A stretch of 29,956 nt of DNA, from IMG/VR virus record IMGVR_UViG_3300020044_003359, positions 1 to 29,956 of that record, one strand, 5' to 3'. Both the position numbers and the translations under genes were made by a program. Numbering within the stretch: position 1 is the first letter of the stretch; each line of letters begins with the position of its first letter. Positions 7,376 through 17,280 of this stretch are shown in pieces. Source of the stretch: a virus (lineage: Duplodnaviria > Caudoviricetes). The notes below the pieces were generated by a model. It saw only the letters and a program-made list of their open reading frames with translations, made no database searches and was not told the origin of the DNA.

Positions 7376-10300
7376 TTATGCTACGTTTAATTGTTTTTCT
7401 AATTCTGCAACTCTTTTTTCTAATCGTGCAATTTTAGCTGTGTGAACTTCACGATATGATAATGAAAGAAATCCATCTGCATTTTTTGTGACTGCATATG
7501 GCATTAATTTTTCGGCATCCTGTGCAAAATATCCTAATTCAATTTTGCCATTCTTTTCATATAATTTTGCCTCTAAATTTTCAATACCTTCAATTTGTGC
7601 TAATCCATTTATTAGCTTTTTTAACCTAATATCTGATGATTCAAAAAATGATGTTGCCGTAATTGATGAACTAAACCAAGCTGCCCCACTATTAGCAATA
7701 TTAAATGCCTGTGTGCCTGATCCAGGTACGTTTTCAGATGTTGCATTTACCCATAATATAAATTGACCTCCTCCACTATAATCATAACCTAATCCTGCAT
7801 ATTTAGATGAATTAGAATTAAATACAAATACAGGGAAAATTGATGATACCATTGCTGTTCTAACCCATCCACCTGTCATTGTTGTCCCACCATTTGCGTG
7901 CATTGGTGCCAATGGTGATGTAGTTCCAAGACCGACATATCCTGAATTAGTAACAATCATTCCATTTCCACTTCCTCCTGTTAATGTTATAAATCCATTT
8001 ATGCTGTCTGTCGATCCTTTTATTGTACCCCAATTGGATGCATTAGAATTTAATAATCTTATTTCATAGCTTGATGGTACTAAAAAATTTAATGCTGACA
8101 CGCTATTTGAAAATGTTGCCGCACCGTTTGTTGCAATTTTTAACCCTGATGAATTTGTTCCATTAGCCGTTAACCATAAATTTTTGCCTGATGGGGAATA
8201 AATATATGCATCCGAATTATTCCATGTCCAAATTCCTCCTCCTAATCCATTATTGCCAACATATAAAATATCACCTGTTGTTACGGTTGACGAAAATTTT
8301 GCTGCACCTGAATTTAAAATTTGCAATGCTACAGTTCCAACTCCACTTAAATTGTCACTTGATGCATTAACCCAAAAATTAAGACCAACTGAATGATCAT
8401 AACCAATACCTGCCCATTTTGTTGCTGTTGAATTAAATATTAATACAGGAAATGATGCCTGCAATGTTGTTGTTTTATTCCAACCACCTGTCATCAATGC
8501 GCCTCCATTAACGTGTAAAATTGACGCAGGTGATGCCGTATTTATACCGACATTTGTTCCATTATCATAAATTAAACTATTCCCTAGTGCACTACCTGAT
8601 GTCCATTTTGGAATGTAACTTGTTGTGCCTGATCCTGTAATTCCTCCACCACCTGTTGTTACTGATCCATCAGCCATCAAATATTGACTTGATGTTCCAC
8701 CGGCTTTTATAAACGATGATGCTGTCATCGTTCCTGTATTTATTGCATTACCTGAAGGTGTAATCTGGAATTTTGTTGCACCTGCCGTTTGATCATAAAT
8801 GTAAAAATATCCTGAATCAACAAATAGTGTATAATCAGGATTATTATCTGTATCTGTAAAATACAATTTTGGTGCAATTCCGCTGATGGTCATATTTCCT
8901 GTAAATACAGGATTTTCAGCATCGGCCTTTAAAGCTAATTTAGCTAATACGGCATTGCTATTAGGATATTCGGTATCACTTGCCAATAAATTAGACACCA
9001 TTTTATCTAATCTTTGATATGTACTTGTTGCCGTTGAAATCAATAAATAATTGGCCAATGTTGCCGATGATACATATGAATTTGAATCAATTGATCCATC
9101 AGCCTTTAAAAATTGACTTGACGTACCGCCTGATTTTGCTATTGATCCAACCGTAACATCACCAGGAAATATAGATGAACCTGATGATGTAATATAAAAA
9201 CGACTGACCGTATTTGTTTGATCATAAATCCGCAAATATCCATCATCATTGCCAATAAAATAATCAGGATTATTGTCACTATCTGTTAAATAAATTTTTG
9301 GATATGCTCCACCAATTGTCATATAACCTGTAAATGATGGGTTTTCCGCATCTGCTTTCAATGCCAATTTTGCCAAAACTGCATTTGAATTAGGATATTC
9401 CGTATCACTTGCCAAAAGGTTAGACACCATTTTATCAATTCTTTGATACGTTGATGCAGCCGTAGTGATCAATAAATAATTTGATAATGTACTAATTGGG
9501 GCATATGATGTTGAATCAATGCTGCCATCTGCTTTAAAAAATTGCGATGATGTGCCACCTGATTTTGAAATAGTTCCAATTTCTAAATCTCCCGGAATAA
9601 ATGTTTTTCCTGCTGGATTAATATAAAATCTTGCAGCCGATCCGGTATCTTGATAAATTGTTAATGTTCCTGTATTATACCCAATTAAAAATTTTCTTGT
9701 ATTATATTGATCATAAAAATTGATTCTTGATTCAATTCCTGTGATATTCATTGAACCTGTAAATTCAGGATTTTCAATGTTAGCCTTTAAATTTAATTTG
9801 GCAATAACTGCATTAGAATTTGGGTATTCTGTATCACTTGCAAGCAAATTAGACACCATTTTGTCTAATCTTTGTGGTGTATATCCTAATGCATCATCAA
9901 TCGTTTTGTTTTTCCAAAGACTTGTTGATGTCTCATAAAATATACCTTCATTATTTGATGGTGTACGTGCTGAAACATTGTGTAATTCATCCAATTCAAA
10001 ACCATTTTGAACATTTACAAATATTTCCCCATTGTTTGATTGCACCCGTGTCACCACTCCAATATAAACCATGTGTGCAGGTGCATATGGTTTATTTGCT
10101 AATCCAAATAATAATGTTCCATTTGGCCCCAACCAAACAGGATCACCTGCCGTTGCTGCTGATGTATCTAATCCATCAATCAATCCAAATGTAACGCATT
10201 CAACAATATCATTCAAAACACCACCTGTTTCAAGTAAACCAAACGTTTTTGATGATGTGGCTTCCGTAGTATTTGATGATGCAGACACAATCATATTTGT

Positions 10301-10888
10301 TCCATTTGCTGATGAAACATAAACCGGTGTCCCTTTTGATAACGTTGCCCCTAATTTTACCTCATTTCTGGTTTTTGATGCAGAATTTGGCAATGTAGCA
10401 ATTGAACCATCACCACGTATATATTGCTCAATTGTGCCTGTTGGATTATCATATTTTTCATCTAATGCATTTTGCAAATCTGTTTGATTGCTTAATGTCC
10501 CTACAATATCACCCCATGTTCCGCCTCCACTATCTAATGTCCAGGTTCTGTTTTGACTTAAATCATACGTGGTATTATTAATGGTAATTAATCGTGTTTG
10601 TGGCACCGGTGTGTATCCCAATGCCATAATCACCTGTGAACTTGTGATGCCGGTCAAATACGTATTACCATCAATTGATCCATCAGCCTTTAAAAACTGC
10701 GTGGCTAAACCATTAGTGACCTTGTATTTATTTGCTCTGATAAAACCCTGAGAATCAAGAAAAATTCCTGATCCACCACCATATCCATCTGTGATTTGTT
10801 TTTCTGATGCAATTAGGATGTCATTATCAATGGTTTTTAATAATGCTCTGTATGTTTCTGCGACTAACTTCCCGGTTAATGTTGCCAT
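7376..10888 (-). CDS. Tail fibre / receptor-binding protein with C-terminal intramolecular chaperone (peptidase S74-like)
   Basis: 1170 aa, Gly/Ser/Thr-rich, with NVGINT.SP repeats. C-terminal SSDIRLKK...GYFAQD...LSY...coiled coil is the S74 signature. Confidence 0.85.
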   Translation of the reverse strand: MATLTGKLVAETYRALLKTIDNDILIASEKQITDGYGGGSGIFLDSQGFIRANKYKVTNGLATQFLKADGSIDGNTYLTGITSSQVIMALGYTPVPQTRLITINNTTYDLSQNRTWTLDSGGGTWGDIVGTLSNQTDLQNALDEKYDNPTGTIEQYIRGDGSIATLPNSASKTRNEVKLGATLSKGTPVYVSSANGTNMIVSASSNTTEATSSKTFGLLETGGVLNDIVECVTFGLIDGLDTSAATAGDPVWLGPNGTLLFGLANKPYAPAHMVYIGVVTRVQSNNGEIFVNVQNGFELDELHNVSARTPSNNEGIFYETSTSLWKNKTIDDALGYTPQRLDKMVSNLLASDTEYPNSNAVIAKLNLKANIENPEFTGSMNITGIESRINFYDQYNTRKFLIGYNTGTLTIYQDTGSAARFYINPAGKTFIPGDLEIGTISKSGGTSSQFFKADGSIDSTSYAPISTLSNYLLITTAASTYQRIDKMVSNLLASDTEYPNSNAVLAKLALKADAENPSFTGYMTIGGAYPKIYLTDSDNNPDYFIGNDDGYLRIYDQTNTVSRFYITSSGSSIFPGDVTVGSIAKSGGTSSQFLKADGSIDSNSYVSSATLANYLLISTATSTYQRLDKMVSNLLASDTEYPNSNAVLAKLALKADAENPVFTGNMTISGIAPKLYFTDTDNNPDYTLFVDSGYFYIYDQTAGATKFQITPSGNAINTGTMTASSFIKAGGTSSQYLMADGSVTTGGGGITGSGTTSYIPKWTSGSALGNSLIYDNGTNVGINTASPASILHVNGGALMTGGWNKTTTLQASFPVLIFNSTATKWAGIGYDHSVGLNFWVNASSDNLSGVGTVALQILNSGAAKFSSTVTTGDILYVGNNGLGGGIWTWNNSDAYIYSPSGKNLWLTANGTNSSGLKIATNGAATFSNSVSALNFLVPSSYEIRLLNSNASNWGTIKGSTDSINGFITLTGGSGNGMIVTNSGYVGLGTTSPLAPMHANGGTTMTGGWVRTAMVSSIFPVFVFNSNSSKYAGLGYDYSGGGQFILWVNATSENVPGSGTQAFNIANSGAAWFSSSITATSFFESSDIRLKKLINGLAQIEGIENLEAKLYEKNGKIELGYFAQDAEKLMPYAVTKNADGFLSLSYREVHTAKIARLEKRVAELEKQLNVA
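8658..9874 (-). repeat. Three tandem ~143-aa (429-nt period) repeats inside the tail fibre
   Basis: QR(L/I)DKMVSNLLASDTEYPNSNAV occurs three times. The anchor agacaccat lies at 8993, 9422 and 9851. Confidence 0.9.
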
Positions 10889-10914
10889 TTTTTACCTGCT
10901 TTTTTTTATGCAAG

Positions 10915-11355
10915 TTAAAAAATAAATCGCCTCAATTTGAATCCAAGAAAGGTGATGATTAATGCAATGGCCACAATCCACAATATAAACCTGTCAAAAA
11001 TGGATGATCCTTTTATTTTCTCTTTATAAACGGTCTTGTAAATGTTACGGTAAACGTATTTTATTTCAGCCGTATTTTCCTGTTTATTTAGCTTCAAATT
11101 TGCCCTAATTTGGCCGTTAAAATTGCTCAACAACAATTCGCCTTGCCCAACCTTAATTCGTTGCTGAAATGGCAAAAGAATGCCATTAGAATCGCACGGT
11201 GATTGAATAGTAATTGTATCATTCACCGCCTCAAATTTGGTGACTACCTTTTCCACAAATACAGAATCATGTTGAATCGTTTCTGTGTTTGTTGATATTT
11301 TTGTGGGCCGGCATGATGCCAACGCAACAATGAAAATGATTAGGATTTTTTTCAT
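10915..11355 (-). CDS. Lipoprotein with C-terminal TM helix; candidate unimolecular spanin
   Basis: N-terminal lipobox ALAS-C, beta-rich middle, C-terminal FILWIVAIALIITFLGF followed by basic residues. Lies immediately after the endolysin. Confidence 0.65.
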   Translation of the reverse strand: MKKILIIFIVALASCRPTKISTNTETIQHDSVFVEKVVTKFEAVNDTITIQSPCDSNGILLPFQQRIKVGQGELLLSNFNGQIRANLKLNKQENTAEIKYVYRNIYKTVYKEKIKGSSIFDRFILWIVAIALIITFLGFKLRRFIF

Positions 11356-11822
11356 TATTTATATGGAACGTATTTTGTGGCTCCGTTTGATTTGATTGCT
11401 TTTAATATTTGGCCTCTTTGTTTTCCACTTGCTGAATATGAAACGTGAACCCAATCAGGATTTGTGTCATTACCAAATTCCCAAATCATTTGATCGAATT
11501 TGATGTTTGCCTTGATATAATCGAACACCATTTTGTTTGTGATTCCGTTTGATGATCCATCCATATCAATATCAATCGCCTCACCTTTGCAATGCTGTGA
11601 TGTTAATGATCCACCAATTGCCGTGTTTAATGCTTTTGATCTGTATCCAGATGAAATGTGAATTGGAAATCCAAAATGGTTTCTGATTGGCTCAAATACG
11701 TTGGCCGCCAATTTCTTGAAATTCTCCAAATGTTCTGCCGTTGGCTCATTGCTTATGCCTTTGCGCTTTGCTGAATCTGATCGTGTAACCTCTGACAAAT
11801 CTAGGTGTTCTGAAATTTTCAT
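11355..11822 (-). CDS. Endolysin, peptidase M15 family
   Basis: Zn-peptidase motifs SSGYRS, SQHCKGEAIDID and WVHVSY. Confidence 0.9.
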   Translation of the reverse strand: MKISEHLDLSEVTRSDSAKRKGISNEPTAEHLENFKKLAANVFEPIRNHFGFPIHISSGYRSKALNTAIGGSLTSQHCKGEAIDIDMDGSSNGITNKMVFDYIKANIKFDQMIWEFGNDTNPDWVHVSYSASGKQRGQILKAIKSNGATKYVPYK

Positions 11823-11825
11823 TTT

Positions 11826-12254
11826 TTATCTGTTTGATGTGATTTTTACTAACATTACAATGGTAAACATAAATGAGATAATGCTGATGTCCTGCGCAAA
11901 TCTGCCTATTTTTAGGGATCGTTGTGTTTCACGCAACATTTTGTTTTCTTCTTCGCTTAAAACATAGGCATTTTGTGCTTTTTCTAATGATCGAACGTAA
12001 TTGATTCGATCCTGATCAAACACTTTTACAATTGATTTCAATGAATCTGTTGTGGCCCTTTGTTGCTTGTTGTCGGCCTTTAAATTGCGAAACAATACAT
12101 TGATGCTGTTGGCCTGATTTTCGGTCATTACAATAACCGTATCGCCATTAATTATTTTCTTTTTTGGATAGGTTTGTGCTGTCAATGATTGAATCAATGA
12201 CAAATGGAACATCCATATTAGGATCAGCCTTAATTTGTTTTTGCAATTGATCAT
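11826..12254 (-). CDS. Secreted/membrane coiled-coil protein of the lysis block (spanin-like)
   Basis: Signal-peptide-like N-terminus ending SLTA|Q, a coiled coil and a C-terminal hydrophobic helix. Overlaps the upstream gene by 107 nt. Confidence 0.55.
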   Translation of the reverse strand: MINCKNKLRLILIWMFHLSLIQSLTAQTYPKKKIINGDTVIVMTENQANSINVLFRNLKADNKQQRATTDSLKSIVKVFDQDRINYVRSLEKAQNAYVLSEEENKMLRETQRSLKIGRFAQDISIISFMFTIVMLVKITSNR

Positions 12255-12519
12255 TTTTTTTCTCTAATTTTTCCACCGTTGATTCTAATGTATTGATTTT
12301 TTCTGCAACTGCCTCCACCTTTTTAACCATTGCTCCATCGGCTTTTGCTCCGACATTGAATGCCATTGATTGATTCTTTTTTGCACGTTCCATTATAGCT
12401 GTAAAATCATCGCCTTTTACCAAAACTTGTTTGTCCTTTGTTTCGGTGTCTTTGTCTGCGACTGCCGGAATGCAACCAATCATCATCACAACAATAAATG
12501 CGCAAAACCAATAAATCAT
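12148..12519 (-). CDS. Putative lipoprotein with coiled coil (spanin-like)
   Basis: Hydrophobic N-terminus ending MIG-C, then a long heptad region (VEAVAEKINTLESTVEKLEKKNDQLQKQI). Confidence 0.55.
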   Translation of the reverse strand: MIYWFCAFIVVMMIGCIPAVADKDTETKDKQVLVKGDDFTAIMERAKKNQSMAFNVGAKADGAMVKKVEAVAEKINTLESTVEKLEKKNDQLQKQIKADPNMDVPFVIDSIIDSTNLSKKENN

Positions 12520-12833
12520 TTGATATGACCTAATTCAGATAAAACCATCAATTTTGTTGAACTCGCAGATAATAATGAATCTGATTTGCGTAATTGATTT
12601 GTTAATGCATCAATTTTCATTTCTACTTTGTCCAATTTTGCTGATTGACCATCAATGTTTTTTGCATACATCATTTTCATATCAACATATAAATAACCGA
12701 TTGCTAATGTCACAATAAACAACATGGCTTTGACCGGCTCTTTGCTGAACTCTTTAAATGTTACCGGCATTTTGATTGAATCAATTGCCTTGTCTGCAAC
12801 CTTTTCGGTCAAATTACTCGTCCGCTTCGCCAT
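12516..12833 (-). CDS. Single-TM coiled-coil protein of the lysis block
   Basis: TM AMLFIVTLAIGYLYV followed by a coiled coil. ATGA overlap with the next gene. Confidence 0.6.
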   Translation of the reverse strand: MAKRTSNLTEKVADKAIDSIKMPVTFKEFSKEPVKAMLFIVTLAIGYLYVDMKMMYAKNIDGQSAKLDKVEMKIDALTNQLRKSDSLLSASSTKLMVLSELGHIK

Positions 12834-13056
12834 CGTTTTTGTTGTTTAATGTTTTATACCCTGCAATTCCTAATGCTGTTGCTGCAAATGTTAACAATGA
12901 AATGAATATAAATTCTTTCACAACTAATTCACGGCCCAAAATACCTGTGACAACATCAGCCAATGTGATGACAATGATCAATGCAATGGCAATAAATGCC
13001 GCAATTGATTGTTCATTTAATTCATTTGAATCTTTAAATATGTCCTTGAATGCCAT
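12814..13056 (-). CDS. Putative holin (2 TM helices)
   Basis: 80 aa, two hydrophobic segments and a charged C-terminus, upstream of the endolysin. Confidence 0.6.
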   Translation of the reverse strand: MAFKDIFKDSNELNEQSIAAFIAIALIIVITLADVVTGILGRELVVKEFIFISLLTFAATALGIAGYKTLNNKNDGEADE

Positions 13057-13318
13057 TCTTTTTCTCTTTTTTTAATGCGTGATTTTCTGCTCTTAATTCC
13101 TCAATTTCACGTGTTAATTCCTCAACCTTTTTGCTTAATTCGTCAACCTTATGTTCCAACTTTGTCGATAATTCCTGCCACATAGCAATAATTTTGGCCG
13201 AATTTTCCAATTCTAAACCTTTTATTTCGGCTTCGCTTTTAGCCTTATTTAACCACCAACCGGTGATTGTTCCTATTGCTGTTCCTAATCCTGTGAGGAA
13301 AAAATCTTTGATGTCCAT
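13034..13318 (-). CDS. N-terminal TM plus coiled-coil protein (holin/antiholin-like)
   Basis: FFLTGLGTAIGTITGWWL followed by a long heptad repeat. First gene of the lysis block. Confidence 0.6.
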   Translation of the reverse strand: MDIKDFFLTGLGTAIGTITGWWLNKAKSEAEIKGLELENSAKIIAMWQELSTKLEHKVDELSKKVEELTREIEELRAENHALKKEKKNGIQGHI

Positions 13319-13759
13319 TTAAATTGTTTGTTGGATTTTATTGCTTATTTCAACTATCCCACGAAAATACGTGTGATCTGGTTCATCATCCACCATATAT
13401 GTTGACGATTCCTTTACGCAGGTAAACACATTGAATCCATCCGCAGATAAATCAAAGTAACCGTTTGACCTTGTTCTAATTAATTCTAAAATTCTATTGA
13501 TTGCCTGATTGGCTGTTAACTCTCCACCTGTATCAGATGCAAAACGTGTCACCACTTCAATTCGTGTGATTGTTTCTGTGATATATGATGTCTGATTGAA
13601 ATCGGTTTCATCTGATGAAACTGAATAAACCAAAATGTACGGAAACATTGCTGATGATGGAACCCGGTTATAAACACCAAATGTCACACCGCCAATCACA
13701 ACGTTGTTTGTTAAACGTGTAATTATTGCCTTGCGAATGAATTGAATCGGTTCTAACAT
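13319..13759 (-). CDS. Tail terminator / tail completion protein (DUF3168-like)
   Basis: Motif VYNRVPSSAMFPYI. Fourth of the head-tail joining genes. Confidence 0.75.
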   Translation of the reverse strand: MLEPIQFIRKAIITRLTNNVVIGGVTFGVYNRVPSSAMFPYILVYSVSSDETDFNQTSYITETITRIEVVTRFASDTGGELTANQAINRILELIRTRSNGYFDLSADGFNVFTCVKESSTYMVDDEPDHTYFRGIVEISNKIQQTI

Positions 13760-14205
13760 TATTTAGTCAATTGTTTTAATTTTTGGTACAATCGTACATT
13801 TAGTAATCTTAATTCGGTTCTAATAGCCGGGAAAAAGAATGGCCGGGCATACATTGCCTGGTTCTTTCTTATTCCTTTGCCTTTCCATTGGGCCGCATAA
13901 CTTGCAGGGAATCCGGCTTCTTGTAAAAACTTTAATGTGACACCACGACCTGTTCCAAATTCAACATATGGGGCATATGGCGCACGTGAAAAAACAACCA
14001 CAGAATTTTCGTTTTGCCTATCGAATCCGGTTTGATTTCTCAAATTACCTGTGTCGTGTGGGGCCGTAGATTTCATCCTACCAACCATCTGTGTTGCTGT
14101 TGTGGTCAATTCATTTGACAATTCCTGTTTAGAGAATTTAGCCAATTGATCCATCCGCTTTCGCAGATCATCCATTTGTTTTGAATCAACCTTTATTTTA
14201 ATCAT
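13759..14205 (-). CDS. HK97 gp10-like neck protein
   Basis: Motifs APHDTGNLR, YAPYVEFGT and MYARPFFFPA. Confidence 0.85.
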   Translation of the reverse strand: MIKIKVDSKQMDDLRKRMDQLAKFSKQELSNELTTTATQMVGRMKSTAPHDTGNLRNQTGFDRQNENSVVVFSRAPYAPYVEFGTGRGVTLKFLQEAGFPASYAAQWKGKGIRKNQAMYARPFFFPAIRTELRLLNVRLYQKLKQLTK

Positions 14206-14549
14206 TACCCATCAATCTTTGTGGCTGTCATTTTTACCCAAAAATTCTCAAACGTTTGAAAATTTGAATTAATACGATATAAAGCCCCCATACCTTCAAC
14301 CTCTAATACACTTTCGTTTCCAATCATATCGGCCGTTTCCTTTCTGATTGTGATTTCAACCTCTGTGCTTTTTAAACGGATGCCCATCTTTTCATCGATT
14401 GGCCCTTTTATTTCTTGCACACGACACCAAACCGTTGCAATTGGTGTATATGATCCAGGTTTTGTTCCACCATATCCATCTAATGTCCTTGACAAATTGT
14501 TTATGATGATCCTTTGTTTCAAAATTGATGCCGTGTTGCTTGCTGCCAT
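14205..14549 (-). CDS. Head closure / head-tail adaptor (SPP1 gp16-like)
   Basis: Pattern LKQRIII...DGYGG...ATVWCRV...EITIR and its position after the connector. Confidence 0.8.
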   Translation of the reverse strand: MAASNTASILKQRIIINNLSRTLDGYGGTKPGSYTPIATVWCRVQEIKGPIDEKMGIRLKSTEVEITIRKETADMIGNESVLEVEGMGALYRINSNFQTFENFWVKMTATKIDG

Positions 14550-15058
14550 TATATAAATACTGATTTTATACCATCCAATAATTTTGCTGATGAACTTGGA
14601 ACCTCATTCACCGTTTGACCTGCAATAAAATCCGTTCTATTGTCGTAATATGTCGAAACCATCATTAACAATGCCTGCTTTAATAGGCCATCATTCATAC
14701 CCTCTGTTGTAAAATCAATTTTAATGTTTCTGCATAATGGCTGAATTTCCACAATTGGATCACCTAAACCAAATACGGTAAATGGAACCGGAATATCCTG
14801 CGCTGTAACTTCATCGACTGATGCCACCGGCCCAAATGGAACATCAATAAAACCAGATGGCATATCATCTAAATAATACGTGCGTTCCTTTGCAATAATA
14901 TCACGGCTCATATAATTTTCAGCCGCTGTATGTGCTGCCTCAATCATTAAATCAATCAACGTATCATCTGCCGTTGTATCAACTCTGATGTAATTTTTTG
15001 TTTCCGCACGTGAAATAATTGGTGTTCCAATTACATCATTAATCTTGATCTGCCGCAT
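14549..15058 (-). CDS. Head-tail connector (HK97 gp6 / SPP1 gp15-like)
   Basis: ETKNYIRVD...DDTLIDLMIEAA...AENY and LKQALLMMVSTYYDNR. The likely start is ATG 15058 rather than 15115. Confidence 0.85.
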   Translation of the reverse strand: MRQIKINDVIGTPIISRAETKNYIRVDTTADDTLIDLMIEAAHTAAENYMSRDIIAKERTYYLDDMPSGFIDVPFGPVASVDEVTAQDIPVPFTVFGLGDPIVEIQPLCRNIKIDFTTEGMNDGLLKQALLMMVSTYYDNRTDFIAGQTVNEVPSSSAKLLDGIKSVFI

Positions 15059-15299
15059 CCTTTTTTGATTTTTTACCCTTTGTTTCGTAAACCAATTTTT
15101 CTTCCTTTGTTTCAACCTCTACGGCCTCCACTTTGGGTTCAACAATCTCAATTGCAGGTGCCTCCGCCTCCGCTTTGATTGCATAATTGTTTGCTAAATA
15201 ATGTCTTTCAACATCAGCCGAAACCGTTACGATTTCACCTGCTCTGTGGTATCCTGTTTTATTATCAAATACCGTTTTTCTCATTAAAACTTTGCCCAT
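15039..15299 (-). CDS. Small hypothetical protein after the capsid gene
   Basis: Likely start ATG 15299 (MGKVLMRK), downstream of the terminator and TATATTTG box. Confidence 0.7.
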   Translation of the reverse strand: MGKVLMRKTVFDNKTGYHRAGEIVTVSADVERHYLANNYAIKAEAEAPAIEIVEPKVEAVEVETKEEKLVYETKGKKSKKDAADQD

Positions 15300-15318
15300 A
15301 ATTGTGCTATTTTTTGAA

Positions 15319-15357
15319 CAAATATAAAAAGAAAAGCCACCCAAAATTTAGGTGGCC
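15319..15357 (-). terminator. Intrinsic terminator after the major capsid gene, fused to a TATATTTG promoter box (15319-15326)
   Basis: Minus strand GGCCACCTAAA...TTGGGTGGCT followed by TTTCTTTT and TATATTTG. Confidence 0.75.
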
Positions 15358-15383
15358 TCTCTTAATTTGGAATTGTATTAAAA

Positions 15384-16580
15384 CTAAACTCCGATTGCAG
15401 CGATGTCCGTTGCAAATGTACCCTTAACGATTGCTAATGGTGCGTAGTTAGTTAATGCGATTCTCTCTTGTAAACGAACGGTCACGAAACCATCACGAAC
15501 GTTTGTTCCATCCTCACGGAAGAATTCAAGTGAAAGATTCTCACGAACCCACATTTGTGTTCCTAGACCGAAATTACCTACTAGGTAAGTTCCTGCCGTT
15601 ACCGCTGTGTTGATTACTACCGGTACCCCTAAGAATTGTGGCTGTAAACCTGCGTAAACCTGATCTTTCAAATACTCGTTTGTTGTTGACTTCAACAATA
15701 AGATTTTTGCAAAATCTGTTGGGTTTACCATGATGTAATCCGGACGATAGTTAACCAATGCTAATTGATTGATTGCTACCGTTAACACATCGAATTGGTT
15801 AGCTGCTGTGATCGTGTCTGCAAATGCACCTGCTGCGAATGCTGTTGATCCAGATGTAACGATACCAGAAATGTTCGGTGCAGTTCCATTACCATAAAGT
15901 AATTGCGCATCCTCAACCGTTAACAATTTCTCTGGTGCACGTGCTGCCAAATATGATGTCAATTGTGCTGTATCTGCTAACATCTCCTCAGAAATACGGA
16001 AATAAGTACCGATTTTCTGTACGTTTGCATCGTATGCTGTCAAATCGAAATCTGATTCAGTAAACGTTGCACCTTGTGCTGTTGCTGCTGCACCGTTATC
16101 ATATGCTGATTCACGTACATAACGAACAACCTCAGATGATGTTGAACCTTGTGCCAATAATTGACGAACGTGTACCGGACGTGTTGGATCATACTTGATA
16201 CCTGGAACGTATTGTGCCGGGATAACCTCACCTGTGAAATTAGCCGCAACGGTCATATCACCTGCTTTGATTTCGAATTTAGCTGAACGGCTTGATCCGT
16301 TGATCAAATTCTCTAAACCACCCTTTGTGATACCTTCAATCAATGATTGCTTGAAAGATTGTGCGTTTGCTCCTGATGCTGTTTTCTTTGCTGCAACTTC
16401 TGCTGCATCGATACGGCTGTGAACCTCTGAAAACTTAGCCTCTAAGTTTTTGATTTCAGACTTTAATAATTCGTCTGCTTTTCCTGTTGCTGATGCAACT
16501 GCTTGGCCTTCCGCTTTAGCGATACGGCTGTCAATAGCTGAATTTAATTCATCTAATTGATTTTTGATTTCTTCTGTCAT
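15384..16580 (-). CDS. Major capsid protein, HK97 family
   Basis: 398 aa with an N-terminal coiled-coil delta domain. Motifs KIGTYFRISEEMLAD, EDAQLLYGNG, LGVPVV. Follows the protease. Confidence 0.93.
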   Translation of the reverse strand: MTEEIKNQLDELNSAIDSRIAKAEGQAVASATGKADELLKSEIKNLEAKFSEVHSRIDAAEVAAKKTASGANAQSFKQSLIEGITKGGLENLINGSSRSAKFEIKAGDMTVAANFTGEVIPAQYVPGIKYDPTRPVHVRQLLAQGSTSSEVVRYVRESAYDNGAAATAQGATFTESDFDLTAYDANVQKIGTYFRISEEMLADTAQLTSYLAARAPEKLLTVEDAQLLYGNGTAPNISGIVTSGSTAFAAGAFADTITAANQFDVLTVAINQLALVNYRPDYIMVNPTDFAKILLLKSTTNEYLKDQVYAGLQPQFLGVPVVINTAVTAGTYLVGNFGLGTQMWVRENLSLEFFREDGTNVRDGFVTVRLQERIALTNYAPLAIVKGTFATDIAAIGV

Positions 16581-16581
16581 C

Positions 16582-17265
16582 TTATTTTGACTTTATTTGA
16601 TTATTTAAATATGAAAATATTTCGGAAATTTCCACCTGTTTAACTTCCGGCACGGTGACAATTTCTGCCGGCCGTGTGGTAACATCAATAAACAATGATT
16701 TCAATTTCATCAACTCGCTTTCAATTGCGTATCCTAACTCATCAGATACGTTTTCTTTTTTAATCATTTTGGCTAATACATCAAAACGTTTTGCCAATAA
16801 TTCTTGATTAATTTCACCCTTTGCATCGGTGATCAATGCCATTGGATTTGCTGCCAATGTAACGCACGAAATTTCGTACAATTTAACTTCCTTTAATTCA
16901 CGCACTCTATCCTGTCTGAATGATTTTACAATTGGCATAATACCAACTGAATTTTCAGTGATCACACCGTTTTTCATCAACAACAAAATATCTTCACCCA
17001 TTCTTGTTTTTGGAACCTCAGCCACAAAATACAATCCGGTGCCATCCTCACGCAATTCCGTGAATTTGCCCAATGGTTGATCGATTCTGTGTTGATTGCA
17101 ATATCTAACACGTGAACCGTTTTCCTTTAATGTTTTGCTGTATGCTCCTGCTAATATGATGTCATTGTCTGAATCAATATTGCCGAAAATTGAACCATAG
17201 CCGGAAACGATGCCGTTTGCCTCATCTATATCCTCAATCCCAATCGATGTTTGTTTGTAAATCAT
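16582..17265 (-). CDS. HK97-family prohead protease (peptidase S78)
   Basis: Motifs GYGSIFGNIDSDND, NQH, SVG and LYEISCVTLAANP. Confidence 0.92.
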   Translation of the reverse strand: MIYKQTSIGIEDIDEANGIVSGYGSIFGNIDSDNDIILAGAYSKTLKENGSRVRYCNQHRIDQPLGKFTELREDGTGLYFVAEVPKTRMGEDILLLMKNGVITENSVGIMPIVKSFRQDRVRELKEVKLYEISCVTLAANPMALITDAKGEINQELLAKRFDVLAKMIKKENVSDELGYAIESELMKLKSLFIDVTTRPAEIVTVPEVKQVEISEIFSYLNNQIKSK

Positions 17266-17280
17266 AACCTATCTTTTGCC

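Noticed and set aside
8658-9874. Tail-fibre repeats as a CRISPR array or DGR template/variable repeats
   Set aside because: They are in-frame protein repeats with a 429-nt period. No reverse transcriptase is present, and I saw no adenine-specific mismatch pattern.
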